A DNA stretch of 64,000 nucleotides from Nitrososphaerota archaeon. Its GTDB lineage: Archaea > Thermoproteota > Nitrososphaeria > Nitrososphaerales > Nitrosopumilaceae. Location of the stretch: positions 548,727 to 612,726 of the forward strand of contig JAGWFT010000001.1 of NCBI GenBank assembly GCA_028867755.1, in the 5' to 3' direction. Shown piece after piece: positions 10,205 through 18,602 of the stretch (positions within the stretch are counted from its first letter, which is position 1; every line of letters starts with the position of its first letter). The position numbers and the translations under genes were made by a program. The notes below the pieces were generated by a model. That model had not been told where the DNA came from and searched no databases. It was given only the letters and a program-made list of their open reading frames with translations.

Positions 10205-10547
10205 ATTTTTCTAATTCTTTGATTGCTGCATCTGCAATAGTATTTCTTTTTGGGGTTAGAACGACAAAATAATTCTTATCTGCTCGTTCTGCTACATCAA
10301 CTGCTCTATATTTTTTCAGGTTCATGTCAAATTCCAACATTTTTCCTTCAATCTTGCCTTTTGTGTATATTATAAGATACGAATTGCCAGTTGTGGGGCT
10401 AAGAGGGATCATTGAAAATATGTATCCTTTGTAGGAGTTTATTGGCAGCATATTCTTCATTGGTGGTGCCATGGTTGACATGTATACAAATATGTCTTCT
10501 GGAGAATCAAATTCTTCAAACTCAAAATTCACGATCTGTTCTTTCAT
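10197..10547 (-). CDS. Hypothetical protein
   Basis: 116 aa ORF with ATG start and ordinary composition; convergent with the radical SAM gene, 8 nt overlap. Confidence 0.7.
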   Translation of the reverse strand: MKEQIVNFEFEEFDSPEDIFVYMSTMAPPMKNMLPINSYKGYIFSMIPLSPTTGNSYLIIYTKGKIEGKMLEFDMNLKKYRAVDVAERADKNYFVVLTPKRNTIADAAIKELEKST

Positions 10548-10751
10548 TTGGTTGTATAATAATCTAAGTGTGGCTTTAGCATAATTGTGAATCTATCATA
10601 GAAATCATAAATCTAATAAAAAAGAAAATGTAAACATCTCATAATGCATATCATGTGTTGTTAGTTTGTAATTGAATACGTATAGTTCATTCTAATATTG
10701 TGAATGAAAAATTAGTTTACTAGATGTTGATAAAAGAAAATTTGACTTCCA

Positions 10752-10860
10752 GTTCTAGTATTTTGGCATAAATCTTAGTCCAGTCTTTGCAGATACTGCA
10801 ATTATTGATATGATTGCAATTGCAAGTACTAGAGCTGCGATCGGGCCAAACTCTGGAACT
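10752..10860. repeat. PEFG-CTERM tail repeat, copy 1 of 4 (109 nt identical)
   Basis: Identical to 12141-12249, 13064-13172 and 14054-14162. Identity with copy 2 extends to 134 nt (10727-10860 = 12116-12249), into the downstream T-tract. Confidence 0.95.
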
Positions 10861-12077
10861 GCAATTGTACCTACTATGTCTATAGTTGTATCTCCCTTGT
10901 GGAAGGGTATACCAAGTGTTCTACTGTTGATATTTTTTACTTCTGTGAATTGTACGTTATGTCCTCCGTCTTGTACTGTAAATGCTTGATCTGGCATATC
11001 TGCTGGGTTGAATTGTTGAGAAGTTGTTTGGTTTGGTCCTGTAGGTGTTGGTGGCAATTGTTTGGAATCGATAAGAGCTCTTGGGAGAGTTATTGATAAT
11101 GAACCATCTGATGATGTGTTAATAGTAATAGCTAATGTGGAAGGTGGTGTGGATTGTGGTCCAAAGACTTGTATATTTTGAATTGCTCCGCCCTGAATTG
11201 TGTATGGTATGTTAAAGGTTCCTATAGGGGTCTGTAATGCAAAAGTACCGTTCACTGATTTGTTAATAGTTGATGTTCCGTCTCCACCGCTATAATAGAA
11301 AGTTGCAGTAGTATTTGTGGCTGGACCATACTGTGCAATTATTGTGTAATTTCCTGCCTTTGTCCATAGTGGACCTGTTGCAAGGACTTTAGTAGAAAAA
11401 TCACCATTGTTACTTGGGATAAGTTGTGCTATTGAAACCAGGTTTTTTAATGAGTTCATAACTCTGACGGTAACTGCAGTTTGATTTGATACGTTTTTGA
11501 CTGCGCCATTGATAACTATTGTGTCGCCTTGGTTATAAGTTGGTGAACTAGTTTGTATTGAAAGAGGTGGAATGCTTGTTGCTACGGAACTACCGTTATA
11601 TTTTTGCAACAGATACTGGTATGCGTTCATGGTACCACTATTTGGATTTGATATTGTAGCATTAAGTGCGTTAGCTCCGATACCTCCTGAAACAGATACT
11701 TGAAATGTTTTAGTATCGTCTTGCCCATCCTTAAAATCCAACTCCACAGAACCAGTATAGTTTCCGGCACTTTGATATGTGTGACTAGTGGTGTTGCTAA
11801 TATTAGTAACTGCTGTGCCATCCCCAAAATTCCAAATTATTTGTTTCACACTACTACTGGTTGTATATGTAACACTAATAGTCTCCAACAATGGGGCTGT
11901 ACCAGAAGGCGGTTGTAAATTAACATTTGTGATAGAATCTGCAAATTTGGGGCAATCTCCGTTGGGACAATTTGCGTTGACTGCTTCAGCTTGTGTAGGA
12001 ATTAAGACTAGTACCGAGAATCCAAAAATTGCTATAATTGCGACTAGTGTTGCACAAAAGGCGCTTGATGTTCTCAT
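10755..12077 (-). CDS. PEFG-CTERM surface protein with PKD domain
   Basis: Signal peptide, PKD signature (WNFGDG...SHTYQSAGNY), C-terminal VPEFG + TM helix + basic tail. Confidence 0.9.
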   Translation of the reverse strand: MRTSSAFCATLVAIIAIFGFSVLVLIPTQAEAVNANCPNGDCPKFADSITNVNLQPPSGTAPLLETISVTYTTSSSVKQIIWNFGDGTAVTNISNTTSHTYQSAGNYTGSVELDFKDGQDDTKTFQVSVSGGIGANALNATISNPNSGTMNAYQYLLQKYNGSSVATSIPPLSIQTSSPTYNQGDTIVINGAVKNVSNQTAVTVRVMNSLKNLVSIAQLIPSNNGDFSTKVLATGPLWTKAGNYTIIAQYGPATNTTATFYYSGGDGTSTINKSVNGTFALQTPIGTFNIPYTIQGGAIQNIQVFGPQSTPPSTLAITINTSSDGSLSITLPRALIDSKQLPPTPTGPNQTTSQQFNPADMPDQAFTVQDGGHNVQFTEVKNINSRTLGIPFHKGDTTIDIVGTIAVPEFGPIAALVLAIAIISIIAVSAKTGLRFMPKY

Positions 12078-12140
12078 TTGCTAGCCAATACTCAAGGATC
12101 ATGAGTATTTATGTATTGATAAAAGAAAATTTGACTTCCA

Positions 12141-12249
12141 GTTCTAGTATTTTGGCATAAATCTTAGTCCAGTCTTTGCAGATACTGCAATTATTGATAT
12201 GATTGCAATTGCAAGTACTAGAGCTGCGATCGGGCCAAACTCTGGAACT
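12141..12249. repeat. PEFG-CTERM tail repeat, copy 2 of 4
   Basis: Read base by base. Shares a further 23 nt with copy 3 (12250-12272 = 13173-13195). Confidence 0.95.
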
Positions 12250-12995
12250 ATTTGTGTACCTATGATCTCTATGTCTTGGTCTCCTTGTAAGAATGGTATT
12301 GTTAAAGTTCTATAGTCTGTATTTGCTGATTCACTTTGTGACTTGACCTCTGCTCCATCTATCAAGATTATAAATGAATCATCTTGACCTGAGTTAGTTT
12401 TTGCATCAATTAATGTCCTTGGCATCTGAAGTGTGATAGAACCATCGCTCGTTGAGTTGATAGAAACAATAAGTGATATGCTTTGTGAATCTATTGTCAT
12501 GTCTTTTACATTTCCTCCTGTTATAGTATAATTGACGCTGAAGGTTTGTTGGCTGTTAGGATCTTTTACTTGGAAAACATTGCTTACAGGAGAAATCGAG
12601 CTTTGAAAGGTAAATCCTGTCTGAGCGGTTACACTAGATGGGCCATATTGGACTTTTACTGTATATGACCCATTTGATTTCCATAGCGGTCCAGAAGCTA
12701 AAAACGATTTTGTAAATTTCCCATCTGAAGAAATATCAATCTGGGCTACTTGAATCAAGTTTGTATTAGAATCTAGTATTTGTACAGTGAGGGGTGTTCC
12801 TGGTACAACCGCCTGCACTTGTCCAGAGATGACTATTGTATCTCCTATTAGGTAAGAACTCTTATCAGTACTAACTGTTATTGCAGGTGCAGTAGGAGTA
12901 AGGGTGGTAGTGGAAGTTGGTGATTGGGCAAACGCATGCAATGAAATGCCAAATGGCATGAATATGGCGATTACTAATAATGCTACTAAACGCAT
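12144..12995 (-). CDS. PEFG-CTERM surface protein
   Basis: Signal peptide, TDKSSY..GDTI Ig-like domain, C-terminal IVPEFG + TM. Confidence 0.9.
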   Translation of the reverse strand: MRLVALLVIAIFMPFGISLHAFAQSPTSTTTLTPTAPAITVSTDKSSYLIGDTIVISGQVQAVVPGTPLTVQILDSNTNLIQVAQIDISSDGKFTKSFLASGPLWKSNGSYTVKVQYGPSSVTAQTGFTFQSSISPVSNVFQVKDPNSQQTFSVNYTITGGNVKDMTIDSQSISLIVSINSTSDGSITLQMPRTLIDAKTNSGQDDSFIILIDGAEVKSQSESANTDYRTLTIPFLQGDQDIEIIGTQIVPEFGPIAALVLAIAIISIIAVSAKTGLRFMPKY

Positions 12996-13063
12996 ACTCG
13001 ATTTGTCTTTATGTCGTATATTTCCTTTACTATGGTTTGGTAAAAAAATGAAAAAAGTAGAGT

Positions 13064-13172
13064 GTTCTAGTATTTTGGCATAAATCTTAGTCCAGTCTTT
13101 GCAGATACTGCAATTATTGATATGATTGCAATTGCAAGTACTAGAGCTGCGATCGGGCCAAACTCTGGAACT
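13064..13172. repeat. PEFG-CTERM tail repeat, copy 3 of 4
   Basis: Identity with copy 4 extends to 130 nt (13043-13172 = 14033-14162). Confidence 0.95.
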
Positions 13173-13993
13173 ATTTGTGTACCTATGATCTCTATCTGCT
13201 CAGCTCCCATTCCAAATGGTATTGTCAAAGTTCTAATATTGGAACTTGGCATATCTGTGAAACTATCTTTTTCTTCACCATCTACTAGGACAAAGAAGCT
13301 GTCATCCTTGACACCAGCTTTTGCATCTAACACTGATCTTGGTATCTTAAGAGTTATCTGACCATCACTGGTTGCTTGTAAGTTTACAGTGAGAGTTTTA
13401 GATGAACTGCTCAGAGTTGCTCCCGTAGCTGTTCCTCCACTGATACTGTAATCAATACAATATAGTTCGTTATTTAGCGTAGCTGCGAGCTGATCTGATT
13501 GGCAACTTGTTGTTCCGCCACCACCGCCAATGCTAAACTGTGTTTGTGTTATGCGCATACCTTGTTGTATCCCATATTGAGCATAGATAGTGTATGTTCC
13601 ACCGCTTGTCCAAAGTGGACTTGCTGTATTAATTTTTGTTTGGAAGTTTCCACTACTGTCAACAGTTAACTGATCAACTTCTACAACATTACCTAATGAA
13701 TCTGAAACTCGTAATGTGACTGGCAGCCCAGGTATTATGTTTTGGGCATGTCCTGTGACAAGTATTGTTGATTGTCTATCATACGTTGTCTTGTCTGTTG
13801 TCAGACTAAGTGGTAATGTGACCGGTATTGTGATTGGCTGAACAGTTGTTGTACTGTTACCTGTCATCAAACCAGTAGTGTAATTTGCTTTTGGAGCACA
13901 ATCTGGTGGGCAGAATCCAAATGCAGGGCCAACACCTACAATGGCTGCTGTTGCAAGAATAGCGATCAACGCGTATTCTTTATGAGTACTCAT
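13067..13993 (-). CDS. PEFG-CTERM surface protein
   Basis: Signal peptide, FCPPDCAP, two Ig-like domains, IVPEFG + TM. Confidence 0.9.
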   Translation of the reverse strand: MSTHKEYALIAILATAAIVGVGPAFGFCPPDCAPKANYTTGLMTGNSTTTVQPITIPVTLPLSLTTDKTTYDRQSTILVTGHAQNIIPGLPVTLRVSDSLGNVVEVDQLTVDSSGNFQTKINTASPLWTSGGTYTIYAQYGIQQGMRITQTQFSIGGGGGTTSCQSDQLAATLNNELYCIDYSISGGTATGATLSSSSKTLTVNLQATSDGQITLKIPRSVLDAKAGVKDDSFFVLVDGEEKDSFTDMPSSNIRTLTIPFGMGAEQIEIIGTQIVPEFGPIAALVLAIAIISIIAVSAKTGLRFMPKY

Positions 13994-14039
13994 TTGCCTG
14001 CGATTAAGTAGAATGGGTATTTATGTATATTTAAAAAAT
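13891..14039. repeat. Promoter + signal-peptide repeat, copy 1
   Basis: 13891-13993 = 14539-14641 (103 nt coding) and 13994-14039 = 14643-14688 (46 nt upstream); one extra C at 14642. Confidence 0.93.
14017..14028 (-). promoter_or_regulatory. Shared TATA-like promoter motif (ATACATAAATAC on - strand) of PEFG genes
   Basis: Same 12-mer at 12105-12116, 14017-14028 and 14666-14677, about 23-27 nt upstream of three start codons; fits archaeal TATA spacing for near-leaderless mRNAs. Confidence 0.55.
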
Positions 14040-14053
14040 GAAAAAAGTAGAGT

Positions 14054-14162
14054 GTTCTAGTATTTTGGCATAAATCTTAGTCCAGTCTTTGCAGATACTG
14101 CAATTATTGATATGATTGCAATTGCAAGTACTAGAGCTGCGATCGGGCCAAACTCTGGAACT
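14054..14162. repeat. PEFG-CTERM tail repeat, copy 4 of 4
   Basis: Identical to the other three copies over 109 nt. Confidence 0.95.
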
Positions 14163-14641
14163 TTTGATATTTCTCCAGCAAGTTGGAACTGAACCTGATT
14201 AGTTCGTGCTTGCTCATTGCCCTGTTGTACGTACAAGGTGTACTGCCCATTTTCTGCCATGAGTTGACTTGATGTGTTTATTTTGGTTGTAAAGTCCCCA
14301 TTGTTGTCTAATGTTAACTGCGATGCAAATACAACATTTCCTGATGGACTAGTCACCTTCATCGCCACATCCTGGCCAGGATATGGATGTAACACACGGC
14401 CACTCACCATGATGACTGAATTATGATCATACGCTGCTGCGTCTGTCGATACCGTGATTGGTATTACATCCTGCGGTTGTTGGATTTCCGCAAGACTCGA
14501 AGTGTTACCTGTCATCATTGCCGCAGTATAATCGGCCCTTGGAGCACAATCTGGTGGGCAGAATCCAAATGCAGGGCCAACACCTACAATGGCTGCTGTT
14601 GCAAGAATAGCGATCAACGCGTATTCTTTATGAGTACTCAT
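14057..14641 (-). CDS. PEFG-CTERM surface protein (short, single Ig-like domain)
   Basis: Start placed at ATG 14641 (MSTHKEY...) by identity to the start of 13067..13993; the track start at 14725 runs through the promoter. Ends in VPEFG + TM. Confidence 0.88.
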   Translation of the reverse strand: MSTHKEYALIAILATAAIVGVGPAFGFCPPDCAPRADYTAAMMTGNTSSLAEIQQPQDVIPITVSTDAAAYDHNSVIMVSGRVLHPYPGQDVAMKVTSPSGNVVFASQLTLDNNGDFTTKINTSSQLMAENGQYTLYVQQGNEQARTNQVQFQLAGEISKVPEFGPIAALVLAIAIISIIAVSAKTGLRFMPKY

Positions 14642-14688
14642 CTTGCCTGCGATTAAGTAGAATGGGTATTTATGTATATTTAAAAAAT
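14539..14688. repeat. Promoter + signal-peptide repeat, copy 2
   Basis: See copy 1; differs by a single-base indel. Confidence 0.93.
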
Positions 14689-15003
14689 TACTATTGTCAT
14701 ATGGCGACTTGTCGACGAATATCATATTAATGAAAATGAGATTTCAAAGTATTGTTTAAGTCCAGAGGTAAAGTAAAGACAAGAATCAGCGTGTCAAAGG
14801 ACTATAAGTAAAAACATTACTGAAAATATACCTTGTTCGGACTTGGGATGTTTTTTGTTATTTAAGGCAGAAAAGCAAATTATCGACAAAATATGGCGGA
14901 TCTAAAACGCCGTAGATTAGATATATATTAACCTCTCGGTGGAACCAACATAGTTTGTGGATTAGTTATTTGTTACAGCTAATGTTCGAAGGAGATTTTC
15001 AAC

Positions 15004-15255
15004 ATGTTAGGTAAGAAAGAGAAGATACTGATTCCAGATCACATCTATGTTCCAAAACATGAGATAATGACTAAAGAAGAAGCTGAAAAGGTACTAGAAA
15101 AATATCATACCAAGCCTACTGAGATGCCACTGATATACGTCAGTGATCCTGCAATCAGAGGTTTGGGAGTAAAGCCAGGTGATATGATAAAAATATTGAG
15201 GAAAAGTCCCACAGCCGGTGAAAGTATCTACTATAGATACGTGGTGGAAGAATAA
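15004..15255 (+). CDS. rpoH: RNA polymerase subunit Rpo5 (H)
   Basis: HIYVPKHEI, DPAIRGLGVKPGD, RKSPTAGESIYYRYV. Confidence 0.97.
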   Translation: MLGKKEKILIPDHIYVPKHEIMTKEEAEKVLEKYHTKPTEMPLIYVSDPAIRGLGVKPGDMIKILRKSPTAGESIYYRYVVEE

Positions 15256-18200
15256 TGACACACATTTCTCACAAGCGATGGCCAATAGTTCAAGATATTT
15301 TAAAAAGAGAAGGAATCGCAAGACAGCATCTGAATTCTTATGATGAATTTCTTGAAAGAGGACTACAAAGTATCATTGATGAAGTTGGCCAAATAGAAAT
15401 AGAAAGTGCAGAGTACCCATACAAAATTCAGCTCGGGAAAGTAAAACTTCAGCAACCGCGTATGATGGAATTAGATGGTTCAATAACTCATATCGCACCA
15501 ATGGAAGCTCGATTAAGAAATGTTACTTACGCATCTCCTATAATGCTTGAAGCAAGTGTAGTGGAAGATGGAAAAATCCTGGAATCAAGATATGTTCATA
15601 TCGGAGACATGCCAGTGATGGTTCGCTCTAACGCGTGCATTTTGCACAACCTCTCTGAACAAAAACTTGTAGAATATGGTGAAGATCCAAATGATCCTGG
15701 CGGATATTTTATCATTAATGGTTCTGAGCGTGTTATTGTCGGGTTAGAAGATCTTTCTTATAATAAAATTATAGTTGACAAAGAAACTGTTGGAGGAAAC
15801 ACTGTTTTCAAAGCAAAAGTATATTCATCCATTGTTGGTTATCGTGCAAAACTTGAACTTGTGATGAAAAATGACGGCCTAATAGTAGCAAAGATTCCAG
15901 GTTCTCCCGTTGATATTCCGGTAGTTACCTTGATGCGTGCACTAGGACTTGAATCTGATCGAGAAATTGCAGCTGCAGTTTCTCTAGTTGACGAAATTCA
16001 AGATGAACTAGAGGCCTCGTTTGAAAAATCAGGTGATGTACCAACTGCCAAGGATGCAATTGTGTACATCAGTAAGAGAATTGCTCCAGGTATGTTAGAA
16101 GAATTCCAGATAAAAAGAGCAGAGACTTTGCTTGACTGGGGTCTCCTACCGCACTTAGGAAAACATCCTGATAATAGAAAAGAAAAGTCTCTATTTCTCG
16201 GTGAAGCCACTTGCAAACTGATTGAACTGAAACTAGGCTGGATTACTCCTGATGACAAAGACCATTATGGAAACAAAGTCATAAAATTTGCAGGTCAAAT
16301 GCTGGCTGATCTTTTCAGAACAGCTTTTAGAAATCTGGTAAGAGATATGAAATATCAACTAGAAAGATCAGGACAAAAAAGAGGGATAAATGCAGTTGCC
16401 GCAGCAGTTAGACCTGGTATAGTTACAGACAAACTAAACAATGCTATAGCGACAGGAAACTGGGGAAGAGGCCGTGTTGGTGTAACACAACTTTTGGACA
16501 GAACAAATTATCTCTCAACAATAAGTCATCTTAGAAGAATACAATCGCCGCTTAGCAGAAGCCAACCTAACTTCGAGGCAAGAGATTTGCATGCTACCCA
16601 TTTTGGTAGAATATGTCCAAGTGAGACTCCGGAGGGATCTAACTGTGGTCTGGTAAAGAATTTGGCCTTATCTGCTATAATATCAGTAAACGTTGCATCT
16701 GAAGATATAGTAGAGAAGCTTTACGATCTAGGTGCAACTTATGTTTCTGATGCGAAAGATGATCTGAAAAAAGAAGGAACGAGGGTTTTTGTTGATGGAA
16801 GACTAATAGGTTACTACAAAGATGGACAGAAGCTAGTAGATTCGCTAAGAGAACTTAGAAGAAACTATAAGATTCATTCACATGTTGGTATTTTCTTGTA
16901 TCAGTCTAGTGTAGAAGGTTCAACAAAGAGACTGTATGTCAACTGTAACGCAGGTAGAGTTCTACGACCTCTAATTGTAATTAAAGATAGCAAATTACTA
17001 TTAACACAAGAGCTAATAGATAAAGTCAGCAAGAAGTTTCTATCATGGACAGATCTTTTGCATATGGGTGTAATTGAGCTAGTTGATGCAAATGAAGAAG
17101 AAAACTGCTACATTGCAATAGATGAAACAGATATGAAAAAACATACCCATATGGAAATATTTCCATCTGCAATTCTTGGAGCCGGTGCATCAATTATTCC
17201 ATATCCGGAGCACAACCAGTCTCCAAGAAATACATACGAATCAGCTATGGCAAAACAAAGTCTTGGTTTCTCAACTCCACTGATGAATGCAAGTACATAC
17301 GTTAGGCAACATCTTATGCTATATCCACAAACTCCAATTGTTACAACAAAGGCTATGGGATTGTTAGGATTAGAGGATAGACCAGCAGGACAAAACTGTG
17401 TCGTTGCAGTACTGCCTTTTGATGGTTACAATATTGAGGACGCAATAGTGATAAGTAAATCATCTGTCGACAGAGGATTAGGTAGAACTTTCTTCTATAG
17501 AATCTATGAGGCAGAAGCTAAACAATATCCGGGAGGAATGAGAGATAACTTTGAAATTCCAACTGCAGATGGAAACATTCGTGGATTTCGTGGTGACAAA
17601 GCATATCGATTATTAGAAGAAGATGGAGTAATCGCAACAGAGTCCACAGTACAGGGAGGAGACATACTCATTGGAAAAACAAGTCCTCCTAGATTTATGG
17701 AAGAATATAGAGAATTCGAGGTAAAAGGACCTTATAGAAGAGATACATCGATAGGTGTTAGGCCATCTGAAAACGGAGTTGTTGATACTGTTGTTATGAC
17801 GCAATCTCATGATGGTGGTAGGATGTATAAAATTAGAGTAAGAGATCTGAGGATTCCTGAGATTGGTGACAAGTTTGCATCACGACATGGACAGAAAGGA
17901 GTTGTGGGATTACTTGTAAATCACGAGGATTTACCTTATACTGCAGACGGTGTTGTACCAGATGTTATGATAAATCCTCACGCTTTCCCATCTAGAATGA
18001 CAGTAGGAATGTTTCTTGAATCTGTTACAGGAAAAGCTGCAGCCTTACGTGGATCAAAGATGGATGGTTCTGCGTTTGTTGGCGAAAAATTAGAAGATGT
18101 TAAGGGAGTTCTAGAAGCTGCAGGATTCAAGTATTCTGGTAAGGAGACAATGTATGATGGTAGAACAGGCAAGTCATTTCCAGTTGATGTCTTCGTAGGT

Positions 18201-18602
18201 GTTGTGTATTATCAAAAACTCCACCACATGGTTGCAGATAAGATTCATGCAAGAGCAAGAGGTCAAGTACAGATGTTAACAAAACAACCAACAGAAGGTC
18301 GTGCAAGAGGTGGAGGGCTTAGATTTGGTGAAATGGAAAGAGACTGTCTTATTGCATATGGTGCATCTATGATGTTAAAGGATAGACTTCTTGAAGAATC
18401 TGACAAGGCTGAAATCTATGTTTGCGAAAGATGTGGATTAGTCTCATATTATGATATTAAACAAAGAAGATTTGTCTGTAGAGTATGTGGAGACAAGGCA
18501 AAGGTTACATCAATATCTGTCGCATATGCCTTTAAACTTCTATTACAAGAAATGATGAGTCTTGATGTTGCACCAAGACTTTTGATAAAGGAGAGGGTCT
18601 AA
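15255..18602 (+). CDS. rpoB: RNA polymerase subunit Rpo2 (B, unsplit)
   Basis: GDKFASRHGQKG, RFGEMERDC, C-terminal zinc motif. Confidence 0.98.
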   Translation: MTHISHKRWPIVQDILKREGIARQHLNSYDEFLERGLQSIIDEVGQIEIESAEYPYKIQLGKVKLQQPRMMELDGSITHIAPMEARLRNVTYASPIMLEASVVEDGKILESRYVHIGDMPVMVRSNACILHNLSEQKLVEYGEDPNDPGGYFIINGSERVIVGLEDLSYNKIIVDKETVGGNTVFKAKVYSSIVGYRAKLELVMKNDGLIVAKIPGSPVDIPVVTLMRALGLESDREIAAAVSLVDEIQDELEASFEKSGDVPTAKDAIVYISKRIAPGMLEEFQIKRAETLLDWGLLPHLGKHPDNRKEKSLFLGEATCKLIELKLGWITPDDKDHYGNKVIKFAGQMLADLFRTAFRNLVRDMKYQLERSGQKRGINAVAAAVRPGIVTDKLNNAIATGNWGRGRVGVTQLLDRTNYLSTISHLRRIQSPLSRSQPNFEARDLHATHFGRICPSETPEGSNCGLVKNLALSAIISVNVASEDIVEKLYDLGATYVSDAKDDLKKEGTRVFVDGRLIGYYKDGQKLVDSLRELRRNYKIHSHVGIFLYQSSVEGSTKRLYVNCNAGRVLRPLIVIKDSKLLLTQELIDKVSKKFLSWTDLLHMGVIELVDANEEENCYIAIDETDMKKHTHMEIFPSAILGAGASIIPYPEHNQSPRNTYESAMAKQSLGFSTPLMNASTYVRQHLMLYPQTPIVTTKAMGLLGLEDRPAGQNCVVAVLPFDGYNIEDAIVISKSSVDRGLGRTFFYRIYEAEAKQYPGGMRDNFEIPTADGNIRGFRGDKAYRLLEEDGVIATESTVQGGDILIGKTSPPRFMEEYREFEVKGPYRRDTSIGVRPSENGVVDTVVMTQSHDGGRMYKIRVRDLRIPEIGDKFASRHGQKGVVGLLVNHEDLPYTADGVVPDVMINPHAFPSRMTVGMFLESVTGKAAALRGSKMDGSAFVGEKLEDVKGVLEAAGFKYSGKETMYDGRTGKSFPVDVFVGVVYYQKLHHMVADKIHARARGQVQMLTKQPTEGRARGGGLRFGEMERDCLIAYGASMMLKDRLLEESDKAEIYVCERCGLVSYYDIKQRRFVCRVCGDKAKVTSISVAYAFKLLLQEMMSLDVAPRLLIKERV

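Noticed and set aside
10686-10708. TTCATTC-N9-GAATGAA inverted repeat
   Set aside because: Short, AT-rich, single occurrence; no supporting context.
10727-14688. Repeats as a CRISPR array or transposon ends
   Set aside because: Repeats are >100 nt, in-frame parts of CDSs, spaced by 0.6-1.4 kb; no cas or transposase genes.
14642-14725. N-terminal extension of the fourth PEFG gene in the ORF track (likewise 24419, 26507 and 39691 starts)
   Set aside because: The extensions run through promoters or neighbouring genes; downstream starts fit paralogues, signal peptides and operon coupling better.
14689-15003. ~310 nt intergenic region upstream of rpoH as an ncRNA
   Set aside because: Only short hairpins (ATGGCG/CGCCGT near 14893-14913) and a repeated ATATGGCG 8-mer; no C/D boxes or GC-rich stems; explained by divergent promoters.
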